From the IMG/VR virus record IMGVR_UViG_3300031834_000006, positions 1 through 58,600 of that record: a stretch of 58,600 nucleotides of DNA. One strand, given 5' to 3'. Of this stretch, positions 25,901-34,401 are shown one piece after another. Both the position numbers and the translations under genes were made by a program. The stretch is from a virus. Its lineage: Duplodnaviria > Caudoviricetes. Every line of letters starts with the position of its first letter. Position 1 is the stretch's first letter. The notes beneath the pieces are model-generated. The model saw nothing but the letters and a program-made list of their open reading frames with translations. It was not told where the DNA came from and did no database searches.

Positions 25901-27335
25901 CTTCAAGCAAGTCGGTTTTGCTAGAGCTTTGCGCGGGGGTCCTGCTATCCAACCACTCCATTCGAAACTTGTTGTAACGCTCTTCGTCAAACTCTTCAAA
26001 AGCGTCTTCAATAGCGTCCGCACCTTGGGCTAAATAACCTTTGCGCGTAATTTCAGCAGCAGCCTTTGCTCGGTCGTCCAAGCCAAGCTTGTTCATAGCT
26101 TCAACAAACTTCTCTTTTGAAAGCATGGAGGAAGACTCAAGCGGGGTATACGTACCGTTGCTTAACTTTACAAAGTTTTTTGTTGGGTCTTCGTTGTTAA
26201 TCGGAACCTGCAAGCTTTGCTTTACCAAGTCCCCAGCAGCATTAACAAATTGCTGCTTGGTGTACTGCGCAAAAATTTCGTTGTCTGGCTCAGCTTCCTT
26301 TAGCCTGTCGTAAAGACTGCTTAGTTTGGCCTCGGCAATTTTGCCTGTGTTTACAGTTTTAGCTGTACTAACAAGAAAGCTTCGGGAACCAACCGATTCG
26401 TACACGGATGGTTGTGTTGCCGTTACTTCTTTACGGGAAGCCTCGTCAATACTTGCGCCTTGCCCGTATGCTTCTTGTTGAAATTCGGTTGCCGCTTTAA
26501 GCGCATCTAACATTTCTAGAGCCGGACCACTTACGCTTAGGTCGGTGGATTCTGCACGCGCATTTGCCCCAGTAATAAATTGTTGGAGCTCGGCGTGTTG
26601 GGTATCCTCGTAAGGACTTGTATCTCGGCCGGGATTTTTCTGAACTTGCTTCTGCGCAAACTTTAAGGTAACTGGACTGTTTAAACCGTCCGAACGTTCG
26701 TACGAATCCAAAATAGAATTTGCGTCTTTTGGCACTGCGGGGTCTGGGTTAATCCAAACTCCTCGGTCGCCTTTATCGTTGGCCACGTACTCAACGTAGC
26801 TTAAGCCCTTTTCCTTTGCAGCCAGAATCCGTGCGTCCCGAACCTGATCCGGATTAGCAAACTGCGATTTAAGTTCATTAAACTTAACTTCTTCCTCGGG
26901 AGATTGCAAAACCGTTTGGTTTGCAAGTTTGGCTTGATTGGCTTGCTCGTAATAACTTTGAAAAGCTCGGGAAGCTTCTGGGTTGGTTCTGCTTAAAGAA
27001 CTTGCCAAAACGCCGTAGTCCGGCGAAGTACTTTGGGTAACTTGATCCGAGAAAGTGCGGAAAGATTCGTTAAGCTTTGTATCTGCTTCTGGGTCGTCTT
27101 GCTCGGGGGCTTGTACAAAGCCACGTTCCACGGCTGTACGGAAAAGATTCTGGCTTAACCTACCGTACGCTTCGTCTGGGTCTTTGCCGGCCTTGGTAAA
27201 CGCGCCAACCGCGTAATTCAAAAAGCTAGCTAAGTCTTCGTTGCTTTGAGCTGGCTGTCCTCGCTTGGTTTCCCAATCAGAAAGACTATCAATTGTGTAC
27301 TCAACCCCGTTTTGATCTTTTGTAATTACCGACAT
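19938..27335 (-). CDS. Giant polyvalent internal virion/ejection protein, N-terminal part (zincin HExxH domain)
   Basis: 2465 aa; G/A-rich membrane-like segments; LLHELTH...NEFVA metallopeptidase motif; FTAENP...ENSFLV...FGQES domain. Confidence 0.75.
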   Translation of the reverse strand: MSVITKDQNGVEYTIDSLSDWETKRGQPAQSNEDLASFLNYAVGAFTKAGKDPDEAYGRLSQNLFRTAVERGFVQAPEQDDPEADTKLNESFRTFSDQVTQSTSPDYGVLASSLSRTNPEASRAFQSYYEQANQAKLANQTVLQSPEEEVKFNELKSQFANPDQVRDARILAAKEKGLSYVEYVANDKGDRGVWINPDPAVPKDANSILDSYERSDGLNSPVTLKFAQKQVQKNPGRDTSPYEDTQHAELQQFITGANARAESTDLSVSGPALEMLDALKAATEFQQEAYGQGASIDEASRKEVTATQPSVYESVGSRSFLVSTAKTVNTGKIAEAKLSSLYDRLKEAEPDNEIFAQYTKQQFVNAAGDLVKQSLQVPINNEDPTKNFVKLSNGTYTPLESSSMLSKEKFVEAMNKLGLDDRAKAAAEITRKGYLAQGADAIEDAFEEFDEERYNKFRMEWLDSRTPAQSSSKTDLLEDYIAEASKRKDWNVLAVKTTGILGSAAKSFNPIVFAIGGGVSNLVGFEKGKDFFLDMAIADAELEARRAKYANLYGSELGTGYQFLAQAAPIVADIAITGGASSFAKGFARTALKETLEAGAEAGATALTRDLIPASVRGFAGKAVQNVIPTSLNEFAGNIGKNFIAKALSPETRALFGQSYIRQFGEVGAAAVKADSALVNKVFRGIKADLANRAIPIAVGTVTQRATSFARSAESQYVDTTMAMRSELNADGSRKFTDEQIHKSALTHSLVAGSITALVEQASTKVFGQGADLVSYGHVNLRQLKFYTSRVSSALERSSLGGQEVLGAIKAVVKEAAKESGYGIVKEGTGEFLEEFTDTLAQAVANSMLDNKELNLADALKDAFQSGVIGFGYGTAVPAINNARRINQAEDRQQGVAQSVEGTFLSNVITKLESDGQSPETVAALKNRLKLANRNFQPVSERIPVRAASNVVTALDQVPEQPIVFSPRAFGSAPSGSVATALAAKKAAELGVTTQELKSIQGSGKVNKQNKTTITPNDVQTYVAQRAAQLAQDSNIDWDNQAQVEAYLTRNGVKFVSEGAGESPTVDETRTFKDLKGQLVVINGTRGRIRVEEDGVLLDPETNEPPIEVTPNADMLAVEFEGFEGAVAEPSLVSPRRDVRRVALTVSDSGQIVYGKTRYDAPTNPSLVNVKVADNGDIDSMYVLVQNKNGKAVYAYVTGENAQKLRQVYEGRGQESADAFANAVASSKSADVQRNQAAANAKQNQSTQRRKNKRAKNGAPLVSSQGQAAVEAQANYALSLITGRNVNPKLVEELRSVATQLGLDPDTFATTEELFRIVGPELAAGLDLGTFTQAQLNAAVRNVQQGRTNTLLDFLVQQEAISPADRATQANHFAKLRAKHRVQFAKHGIKEGQMDVKSVLQSVVRSGKSKMHRETAKFLLSVGVEQCPVFVYNAPNDVGTTGGYLGASKIVTLNAASDNGGGIVDALLHELTHFATAEVISNPKNDFERQVRARLLALRAEAQTKIEERYGNAIPENLRYAVEGRMNENETFNEDYAVNEFVAHYFASRTFRLQLDGLAEKGERSLYQKFLDVLASFFSGKRLADPESRALAEAMLDLTKAVAEGNGLPARSVQQILASRAAVARQDGFGPMFGVPNPHPRDSFDWINHQTDSLQDGIFSEAQLRALIKTGKFGAFTAENPDVTVPTEEANAAFNEQAKQWLAQRGYVADIVVGRYGNGENSFLVDGFTDQDAVDFANEFGQESMATDNGLFYQDGMYQPRDGEELDIPADEASDDNYFTNVRTTEGKIITVRVMYKDDKVDSGLRYSKDLATDTGSENLIVKQVQSQKEFATVISKDTSKPFVLDGNTLVVNEDLVNAVYGAYAFEEQSSLVERDLTVAVAHELAMQRVGEETRVAFEDSGLNAAQVIERATSNDLTASDLQDLLGLGERATDYVAATFAEIGLRNDGQNERLAVTQNRLGDLFRYLQRKGEDIPQDAQSFSSTNSDTDLAIAERLRPVVPTNYFSKAYTGFNAQDLKPGQALGTRNPTGKSATESGLDPMSLIGLDVMARDPKGYRTNALYLTEYPIVAREFPKLAKLVRGLRTEHEKTGSKIRVNADQIKRYKKALKDLLTVEKVKATDSQFQDALLLKKGGLTGQAGNDFAKKQASLEKCLTKSKELKALKTKQKSEMTKTLAGFATDPEHPIATLAPQIYNVVIQNTQSNLEALINLFPKNLRNVAKLWYDGANKIANEFGVAYAQDVEQASGVLAVFSPQKDWFMNIALAERTMKIWHQQVILGNPNAIVWGPEMTAQWLKRGGEPQITTEATDSSLPIYEKGKVKAVYDSNGEHVFDEQGNPMFTGWSSANAEAGRNKAREILKQLEGRALKDLAIENQARFIRMYSEVNDAPAFMKYAPDGTNTQEASRSETSGKETRLAWGSYSTVQKAIRIMSSDKANKLKVVSKELGNMHKVRSFYNNIVDPNN

Positions 27336-27348
27336 AGCGTATGCCGTA

Positions 27349-27378
27349 AACGTACGCTAAAAACGATTCAGGAGTCAA
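27349..27378 (-). promoter_or_regulatory. Sigma70-type promoter for the giant virion gene
   Basis: TTGACT-N18-TACGTT, 13 nt before ATG. Confidence 0.5.
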
Positions 27379-27386
27379 GTAAATTC

Positions 27387-28361
27387 TTAGCGTGCGGGCG
27401 GCACAGCGGCCTCATATTCATCTTGCGCGGGCGGGGCCGGAGCTGTAGACTCTACTGGCTGCGCCGCGATTAACTCAGCACCTTTTCTAGCGGCTTTGGC
27501 CTTAGCTCTTCTGCTTAGTTCTTTAAGCAAAGCAATTTGTTCTGTTTGATTTACCTTGTTGGGTCCAGAGTACTTTCCAGTTTTTTCTTCGGCGGGAACT
27601 TCGGCGGTTTCTAAAGCGTAGATTCCTTGTTCACGAAGTCTGGGTCTAAGATCCGCGTCAACGTAACCCGCTTTGTCTAGATCTTTCAACTGTGCGTCAA
27701 TTTCATCAAAGTTATTGGCAAAATCAAAGTCATCAGAATCAAGAATTTCTACCAAGCCCTTGGCCGCAGCAGTTGCGCCAGCGGCAATTGCCGAGTCAAC
27801 TTGAAATTTCTTTTTAGCTTCTGCGTTTTGTTGTCTTTGAGCCTGTGCTTCGCGGGCGGCTTCGTACGCGTTAGATCGTCGGGCACCTTCAAAAGCATTA
27901 TTGAAAAGATCTATTTTAGCCTTGGCCGCCGGAACCGCAGCAATTACGTCTGAGTACTGGCTACCGAGTAAGTTAACGCGGCTCCTAGCTTCTTCAGCAC
28001 CCAAGCCCGGCAACTCGTAGTTTTGGAAGTCTTCCAAGGCCGTGTTGAACTCCTGAGATTTTGCGGTTGCTTCTTGTTGTTGTCGGACTCGGTCTCTGGC
28101 CAAGCCTAACTCCATTCGGCTGTTATCCAGTTGGGCCCTGCGCAGTTCCAAGGACAAGGTGCGTTCTTCTTCTTCTTGGGCCCTGGCCCTTTGAATGTCT
28201 CGGGCTTGTTGGATCCCGCCAAAGGTAGCCCGAACTTTATCGTAGAGCTGGGTGCGGAGCTTTGGGTCGCTTACGTTCTGGGTTACGGATTCGAAGTAAC
28301 GTCCTTGCAAGGGCGTAATATCCGAGTCAACTGCAAATGGAGTTGGGGCGGGTTGAGCCAT
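27387..28361 (-). CDS. Probable internal virion/ejection protein
   Basis: 324 aa A/Q/E-rich coiled coil, upstream of the giant protein. Confidence 0.55.
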   Translation of the reverse strand: MAQPAPTPFAVDSDITPLQGRYFESVTQNVSDPKLRTQLYDKVRATFGGIQQARDIQRARAQEEEERTLSLELRRAQLDNSRMELGLARDRVRQQQEATAKSQEFNTALEDFQNYELPGLGAEEARSRVNLLGSQYSDVIAAVPAAKAKIDLFNNAFEGARRSNAYEAAREAQAQRQQNAEAKKKFQVDSAIAAGATAAAKGLVEILDSDDFDFANNFDEIDAQLKDLDKAGYVDADLRPRLREQGIYALETAEVPAEEKTGKYSGPNKVNQTEQIALLKELSRRAKAKAARKGAELIAAQPVESTAPAPPAQDEYEAAVPPAR

Positions 28362-29242
28362 TACTTACTTTGTCGGGCTTTGCGGCTTTCTTCTATGGTT
28401 GCTGGGCGGCGAGAAACAACACGGCGGGTAGTTCCCTTAGCAACTTTTCGGGCTTGCAGTAGGGCTTGTAATAGACCTGAGTCCCTTTGCGCTAACGGTG
28501 CGGCCCGTCTAAGTGTACTAGCAGTTATGCCAGCTTGACCTAAACTGTTGGCGTTTTGGTATATAGCGTTTGGATTATTTTTCTTTTCATTAAAAGAAAC
28601 GTCGCTGTCTTCAGAACCAAAACTAGCTTGAAAAGCTTTTTGGGCATCTTGATAACTTTTAACGGAATCGGTAGCCGAGCTAAGCCGAGCTAAAGCATTT
28701 GCCCTTGCGCGTTCTGGGGCGTACGCCCCCGCAGCTTGTGGGTTAAAGTAACTAGCTGCTGGCTTTACGGGGGCCATTGCAGCAGCAGCAGCAGCAGCCT
28801 TGGGAGCCTCGCGTGCTTGGTACGCGGCGCGTTGTTCCTCCGTTGTTTCGGCCGAACGGATCGGGCCTTGGACCTCTTTCTCTAGGGGAGTGTCAGCGGG
28901 TCGAGCTTTTCCGTAAAGGCTTTCAGCGGTTGCGTAAATGGGAACCCCGTTACGCATACCAATTAGCTCGCCGCGTTCGGCCGAGCTTCCTTGCAAAGCC
29001 GCGCCTTTGGGTCCGCGAGTTTGTGCTCCAGAAGTTAGTTCCGTGCCAAGCGTTTTTTGAACCGATTCTTTTGTTGCCTTTTGGTCTTCCGTTGCTGCAA
29101 GATCCCTTCTGCGTGCATTATCGGCATCCCTAAGTGCTTGGGCTTGGAGTTCATCCTTAGTTTTTTTAGTTTTGGTATTCGAGTCGGGCACCACCACTGG
29201 TGGTGCTGCTGATGATGCTGCTGGTGGTGGTGTTGTTGCCAT
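28361..29242 (-). CDS. Probable internal virion/ejection protein
   Basis: 293 aa, Ala-rich and low complexity. Confidence 0.5.
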   Translation of the reverse strand: MATTPPPAASSAAPPVVVPDSNTKTKKTKDELQAQALRDADNARRRDLAATEDQKATKESVQKTLGTELTSGAQTRGPKGAALQGSSAERGELIGMRNGVPIYATAESLYGKARPADTPLEKEVQGPIRSAETTEEQRAAYQAREAPKAAAAAAAMAPVKPAASYFNPQAAGAYAPERARANALARLSSATDSVKSYQDAQKAFQASFGSEDSDVSFNEKKNNPNAIYQNANSLGQAGITASTLRRAAPLAQRDSGLLQALLQARKVAKGTTRRVVSRRPATIEESRKARQSK

Positions 29243-29246
29243 TTTA

Positions 29247-29675
29247 TTAAAGTGGTTTTGGGGTGGTGCCGTAGCTTATGCCTTTGCGCTTAAAAAAACC
29301 TGCAAGTTGTGCATGGCTAACCCCAAACTTAGGAGCTTCGGCTAAAGTCTTTTCGTAAAGGTTTTCGCCGGACGTAGGTTCCTTTGAACGTTCCAAAATG
29401 CTTTGGGCAAAACCAATTCGGCCTTCAAGCACGGCCTTTTGGTCTCTTCCTTCTTGAGCCATTTGCGAGCCTTGTAGGTCAGACTCAAGCTGTCTGGCGT
29501 ACAACCTATCCTTGGAATAACCAATGCTAGGCTCTTTGAGCTTTTGTTCTGCGCTGGCCCCAGCAAGGGCTCCGGCGGCTTGTGTAAATCCGCCGCGCTG
29601 CATCCGCCGTGCTTCACGCAACAAGCGTCTTGACTCGGGGGCAATGGGGCCCGTTGACTGACTCATTAAACTCAT
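29247..29675 (-). CDS. Probable small internal virion protein
   Basis: 142 aa from ATG 29675, 7 nt after the -10 box of TTGCTT-N17-TACATT (29683-29711). Confidence 0.55.
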   Translation of the reverse strand: MSLMSQSTGPIAPESRRLLREARRMQRGGFTQAAGALAGASAEQKLKEPSIGYSKDRLYARQLESDLQGSQMAQEGRDQKAVLEGRIGFAQSILERSKEPTSGENLYEKTLAEAPKFGVSHAQLAGFFKRKGISYGTTPKPL

Positions 29676-29730
29676 GCAGGTGAATGTACGGTTATGCGCG
29701 TATAAAAGCAAGCAAATTCTTTAAAGGTTT

Positions 29731-29948
29731 AAAACTGTCCACCACATACCCTCTTATATATTCTTTTTTCTAATTAACCCCAAAGACCATGCACTGGACA
29801 GTTTTGACCTTTATTGTAACAATATAACTTTTGTTGGTAAAACAATGAGTTATATAAATAACTGTCTACAACAACTGTCCATTACATTCCTTTTTTCTTT
29901 TTCATTTGAAATACTTTTCAAAGTGGTAGGTGTGTGTGTAGACAGTTA
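29731..29948. repeat. 218-bp non-coding palindromic element, copy 2
   Basis: Same orientation as and high identity to 6208-6425; its end overlaps the terminase stop codon. Confidence 0.9.
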
Positions 29949-31721
29949 CTCTAAATAAATAAGGTCCGAGTGTGCGGTTCGCTCTTGAATTTGTAGGTCT
30001 TGCATTGACATTTGTCTGCGCGGTCCTTGCCCCGGCTCCGCGTCTTTTAAAGGCTCTAACGCAATTAAACCGTGTCGGTTCCGCGCCAAGTCAATTAACA
30101 AAAAAGCTGCGTCTGCTCCGTCCGGTGAGTAGCCCGTTCGCTTTTTAAAGTCCGGTTTTGACTCAACCTTCATGCGCAAGCCTTCGCCGCCCTTAATAGT
30201 TTCGTATTGCCGGGCCGTCATTTCCCGCGCAAGTTCTTGGTCCACGCCTCTGAGCTGGCCGCACCGAATTAATTCTTTTCCCGCAAACCAAATTTCGCTT
30301 ACTCGGTTCGCGTACAAGTTGTGGCAAGGCGTTTGGTTATTCATGCTTACCCTGCGTTCAGTTGCTTTACCCGCAAAAATTACCCGCAAAATTTCTGGGC
30401 TCCAGTCCTGCGCCACAACGTCACAAAAAGGAGCTCCGGCCCCGGTCGCATCAATTGCCACGTTTTCTGCTTTAACCCCGCGCTTTTGGCACTCGGCCTT
30501 TAACTGCTGCACAATTTGAAAGGTTCTGGGCACGGCCTTATTTGTTTCGTCCTCGTAAAGCAAAATGGATTCTTTAAACTGCAAAACGTACTGGCCTCGG
30601 TCATCGTAACCAACCTCGCCAAACCTTAGCATTGTTCGGTCCCCGCCGTTTGTAAATGCAGGATCCAGCGCGGCCATTTTAGTAGTGTCCCGCAACACGA
30701 CGTTCTGTAGGGCCCCGCCACGCATTAACTCGTTTTCTCCGTACACGCCTTCGGCCTCGTCCGAGTCAAAGAAAACGGCGCGGTACATACGCATATAGCC
30801 ACGGCTTGTTTCGCCCAAGTTTTGTTTGGCTTCGTCAATTCGTTTTTTGGTAGGTAACCAAGGGTACGGGTTGTCGTCGGTAAAAAGGTTCGGGCTTTGC
30901 TCCGCATCAAAACGCAAGTACAAACCGTTGTACTTGGTTCGCCAGTGCATATCGCGGTCCGTAACAATTGAGTCCCAACCATTTTTGGGTTCGCTCCAGT
31001 CCCCAAAAGCATCGAATCTACTGCAAGGGTTACTCATGGCAACCACGCGCAGGTTTTGGTTAGAGCTTAAGTTACTTAAAGCCGTTTGCATAATTGAGTG
31101 GCTAAGCTCGCTAAGCTCGTCCGCCACCAGTATTACGCGTTCTTGCTTAATACCAATAAGTTTGCCGCTAGCTTCGCGGGTCTTACTTTTTTCAGCAGCA
31201 ATTAAGCTCAAACCCGCTCGGTCAAAAATAACGCCGTTGTTGTCCACGTAGTTTGCGGATCCAATTGAATCTCGTATCTTGATTGGTAAGCCGGGAACAG
31301 AAGTTAGCAAGGTAATAACCGCGCCCCAAATACGCTTTCGCGCTTCGCGCAACGTGGTTGACGTTACAAGAATCAAGGTTCGGTCCGGCGCGGCTAGCCA
31401 GTTTACCACGGCCCAACCAGCCATAACGTAGCTCTTTCCGCTACTTGCCGCTCCACCAATTGCCAAGTACTTTTCCTTTGCAGCCGCGCTAATCATTTGC
31501 TCGGCCCAAGGGTGTCGTTCGAACAAGGGGTTGGGCCTTTCCGGTCCGTTCCAAAGAACGTCCGCAATGCACCAAAACAAGTACGATCTGGCCGAAGGAA
31601 TTGTGTGTTCGGCAAAAGCGTACAGCATTGCGCTAAGCTCGTTGCACGGTTCGGTTACCAAAATTCCGCCAACGTCCCATTGCCCGTTTGCTAGCAAAAT
31701 AGGGTCATATTTATTTTTCAC
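29946..31721 (-). CDS. terL: Terminase large subunit
   Basis: Walker A GGAASSGKS, Walker B ILVADE, coupling motif MSNP, nuclease motifs ALDPA...GGD and SPDGADA. Confidence 0.92.
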   Translation of the reverse strand: MKNKYDPILLANGQWDVGGILVTEPCNELSAMLYAFAEHTIPSARSYLFWCIADVLWNGPERPNPLFERHPWAEQMISAAAKEKYLAIGGAASSGKSYVMAGWAVVNWLAAPDRTLILVTSTTLREARKRIWGAVITLLTSVPGLPIKIRDSIGSANYVDNNGVIFDRAGLSLIAAEKSKTREASGKLIGIKQERVILVADELSELSHSIMQTALSNLSSNQNLRVVAMSNPCSRFDAFGDWSEPKNGWDSIVTDRDMHWRTKYNGLYLRFDAEQSPNLFTDDNPYPWLPTKKRIDEAKQNLGETSRGYMRMYRAVFFDSDEAEGVYGENELMRGGALQNVVLRDTTKMAALDPAFTNGGDRTMLRFGEVGYDDRGQYVLQFKESILLYEDETNKAVPRTFQIVQQLKAECQKRGVKAENVAIDATGAGAPFCDVVAQDWSPEILRVIFAGKATERRVSMNNQTPCHNLYANRVSEIWFAGKELIRCGQLRGVDQELAREMTARQYETIKGGEGLRMKVESKPDFKKRTGYSPDGADAAFLLIDLARNRHGLIALEPLKDAEPGQGPRRQMSMQDLQIQERTAHSDLIYLE

Positions 31722-31784
31722 TTGCGGAGCAAAACATTTTTTGCTTGCAAAAGCAAGCCTGTTTTGCTTTTAATGTAGCAGCTA

Positions 31785-31988
31785 ATGGAAACAAGGTTCA
31801 TAGAACATTTAGTTACATACCGTTCAGAATACGATGAGTTGCGGGAATACGTGCGCGAGCTGGGTCACACCAGAAAGCTCGAAAAGCTTTTTGATGCTTT
31901 GGTTGAAAGAACCTCGTTGCCCGATTATTTAGACGAGCTTGCTTACGCATACGTTTTTAGCGGGTATGACCCCTTACCAGAAAATTAA
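31785..31988 (+). CDS. Hypothetical protein
   Basis: 67 aa; divergent from terL. Confidence 0.6.
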   Translation: METRFIEHLVTYRSEYDELREYVRELGHTRKLEKLFDALVERTSLPDYLDELAYAYVFSGYDPLPEN

Positions 31989-32584
31989 TGACCACCACAA
32001 AATCTAAAACTGGGCGGATCCAGCCAGCCATTGTGCGCAAACGTTCGGTTGACCTTTACGCGCAAGGCCACGCCATTCCTGACATTGCTCGTTCAATTGG
32101 CGTTAACTCTAGCACGGTTCGGCGTTGGTGCCGTGCAACCGGAACCGTACACGGCGGGGCCTTAACTTCCGCGCTGCCAGCGGGAAGCCCAGAAGAAATC
32201 CTTAATCCGGCCGTGGTTACGGTGGCCGTTGCGGAACCGCACATAAACGGGGACTTGGAACCGAGTCCGGTTCAAAGGCTTTTAAATGCCGAGCAAGTTA
32301 TGGGGGCCATTGAAGACGCAATGTCCCGGCCCGGAGACACGGTTGACAAGTACCAAGCCATTATTGTTGCTTTGGGACTTAATATGCTTAAGGGCGTTGC
32401 GGCAATGCCTCCGGCCATAAAAACCGTGCGGGACCTTGCAACCTTAAACGACATGATTCGACAGAACTTGGGTTTAAACACCAAGGGCAGCGGCGGTGGT
32501 GCTTTGGCTATTAACTTAAACGTCCTAACTAAAGGATCGCCAAAGACTTCTGGAGTTACGGTTGACGCTGAATTTGTAGATTAA
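31988..32584 (+). CDS. HTH DNA-binding protein, candidate terminase small subunit
   Basis: N-terminal HTH (AIPDIARSIGVNSSTVRRW), helical oligomerisation region, C-terminal INLNVL...VTVDAEFVD tail typical of TerS; near terL. Confidence 0.6.
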   Translation: MTTTKSKTGRIQPAIVRKRSVDLYAQGHAIPDIARSIGVNSSTVRRWCRATGTVHGGALTSALPAGSPEEILNPAVVTVAVAEPHINGDLEPSPVQRLLNAEQVMGAIEDAMSRPGDTVDKYQAIIVALGLNMLKGVAAMPPAIKTVRDLATLNDMIRQNLGLNTKGSGGGALAINLNVLTKGSPKTSGVTVDAEFVD

Positions 32585-32639
32585 AAATTTATTAACTTTT
32601 TTCTTGCTTTCCAAGTTCGGTTCAACTATGAGTCTGAAC

Positions 32640-32852
32640 ATGAGTTTTGGAAGTGGAGCAGGAAAAGGAAGTTTGCCCCGCGCCGTAAAGGGCGCGGCGT
32701 TTAGGGCGGCGTATGATTCAATTACGAAACCCGAATCGTTGGACGCGCTTCTGGCGAAATACCACCAGTCGGTTACAAAAGGTAACCAAGTGGAAAGCGA
32801 ACGACTGTACGCACAAATTGAACAACACCCCTACTACAGAGGAAAGCCATGA
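32640..32852 (+). CDS. Hypothetical protein
   Basis: MSFGSGAGKGSLPRAV...; ATG is 7 nt after the -10 of TTGCTT-N17-TATGAG (32604-32632). Confidence 0.65.
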   Translation: MSFGSGAGKGSLPRAVKGAAFRAAYDSITKPESLDALLAKYHQSVTKGNQVESERLYAQIEQHPYYRGKP

Positions 32853-33154
32853 AGACCCACCACAAAGAGTTTTTGCTTAACGCAATACAACGCCAGTATC
32901 CGCGCTGGCCCACCACTTTTTCACCTTGCATCACTGAAGGGTGCGCCGAGTTCAGCAGGGGCGGTTTGGAATGCCCAAAGTGTCTGGAGAAAGAACTGGC
33001 TTTCGGCACTGACGCAGCCACCGCTAAGAAGTACATGGAGCTGGTTGCCGAGCTGCGGCACTTAGAAATACACATTCTTTTTGATAAAAAACAAACAGCG
33101 ATGGACTTGATCGAAGTCGGCCCGACCGATAAACGGGTAGACGCGGGTAGATAA
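32849..33154 (+). CDS. Hypothetical zinc-finger protein
   Basis: CxxxxC...CPKC; ATGA overlap. Confidence 0.6.
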   Translation: MKTHHKEFLLNAIQRQYPRWPTTFSPCITEGCAEFSRGGLECPKCLEKELAFGTDAATAKKYMELVAELRHLEIHILFDKKQTAMDLIEVGPTDKRVDAGR

Positions 33155-33330
33155 CCCCGCTCGCTGACCACTTTTATGAGAGAACAATACTGGTACTATG
33201 ACGAAAACGGACGGCTCCGTTTAAGCCGCTAAACAAAAACACTAAAAACTACGTTTTCACGGAACGGTGAAAACGTCCAATACAGTTAAAACATCCATAT
33301 TGGATGTTTTAGCACTAAAACAAAAACACT

Positions 33331-33444
33331 ATGAATGAAATACTAATCTTTGCGCTCCTTTGGAGCTTGGGCGTTGTGGGCGTGGTCTACCTATGGGACG
33401 CGGCCATTAGACGTAACAACGACGACGACTTGCCAAAGCCGTGA
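33331..33444 (+). CDS. Small single-pass membrane peptide (not in the ORF track)
   Basis: 37 aa MNEILIFALLWSLGVVGVVYLWDAAIRRNNDDDLPKP. Confidence 0.5.
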   Translation: MNEILIFALLWSLGVVGVVYLWDAAIRRNNDDDLPKP

Positions 33445-33542
33445 AACTAGTGACCGTCCCGATGAAATCTTCACTGACCACAAACTTTTACAAAAGCATC
33501 GTGGACTTACTGACGAGCAAGTACAGCAAACCATAACTATTT

Positions 33543-34391
33543 ATGAACACGAATCCAAATGATCCTAAAGGCGCGGCTGGCGCACTGAAAACACCGTTAG
33601 GCTTAATCCCACCGTATGCAATGGAGCAGACCGCGTGGGTACACAAGTTAGGTTCCGATAAGTACGGCCCCTACAACTGGCGCAAAACTGGTGTGTGCGC
33701 TTCGACGTATGTCAACGCTATCCTGCGTCATTTAAACGCGTGGCGAGACGGTGAAAACTTGGACCCTGAATCTGGTATTTCGCATCTGGCACACGTTGCC
33801 TGTAGCTGCAACATCCTACTGGATGCAGACTACTGCGGCACGTTACAGGATGACCGTAATGTAACGCCGCCTAATACGCCAGTTAGCAAAATGGATAAGC
33901 CTGCGCCTATTAAGTACACAGTCCAGCGCACAGAGTATAGGGTTCTTGAATTAGGGGAGCCTATTGAAGCTGGTGATGAGTTTTATGCTGAATCAGTAGA
34001 TATGTGGATTCCTACAAATATCGGACATTTGTCGCTCCACAATACTGAAGCGGCAAAGTACCGCCGAAAAGTAGAACCCGTTGAAATTCCTGCTAAAGAT
34101 TCAAAACAACCTGTTAAAGCAGAGTACCGCTTTCATAGAGAACCTGTTGAAACAGAGTACCGCTTTCTTAAAGAAGGAGAAGTAATACAGGAAGGGGATG
34201 AGTATTACGGTGGTAATAGGTGGTATACCACAAACTATAACCCAGTTTGGGGGTGTACAGCATCAGCATCAAATGTTTACCGTCGCAAAGATGAACGTAA
34301 GCAAGAATGCACTTGTGGCAGAATTAAAATCAATCACCATACATTGGGCTGGATCTGCGAAGGCTGCGAGTGGCACGGTGAACCTTATTAA
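33543..34391 (+). CDS. dATP/dGTP diphosphohydrolase-domain (DUF5664-type) protein with a repeated C-terminal domain
   Basis: KTPLGLIPP...GSDKYGPYNWR...YVNAILRHLNAW.DGENLDPESGISHLAHVACSCNILLD. Confidence 0.85.
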   Translation: MNTNPNDPKGAAGALKTPLGLIPPYAMEQTAWVHKLGSDKYGPYNWRKTGVCASTYVNAILRHLNAWRDGENLDPESGISHLAHVACSCNILLDADYCGTLQDDRNVTPPNTPVSKMDKPAPIKYTVQRTEYRVLELGEPIEAGDEFYAESVDMWIPTNIGHLSLHNTEAAKYRRKVEPVEIPAKDSKQPVKAEYRFHREPVETEYRFLKEGEVIQEGDEYYGGNRWYTTNYNPVWGCTASASNVYRRKDERKQECTCGRIKINHHTLGWICEGCEWHGEPY

Positions 34392-34401
34392 ATAAAACAA
34401 T

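Noticed and set aside
13155-27335. Genome-wide TAG reassignment (alternative genetic code)
   Set aside because: The other long genes are intact in the standard code without internal TAG, TAG appears to end 35836-36054 and 44264-44545, and no suppressor tRNA was seen; only one internal TAG was found.
13155-27335. Giant protein as a virion RNA polymerase (N4- or crAss-like)
   Set aside because: No DxDGD or T7-type polymerase motifs were recognised; the visible motifs are zincin, ART-like and other polyvalent-protein domains.
33543-34391. 2-aminoadenine (Z-base) genome system
   Set aside because: No PurZ (adenylosuccinate synthetase-like) or DatZ (HD phosphohydrolase) gene was recognised.
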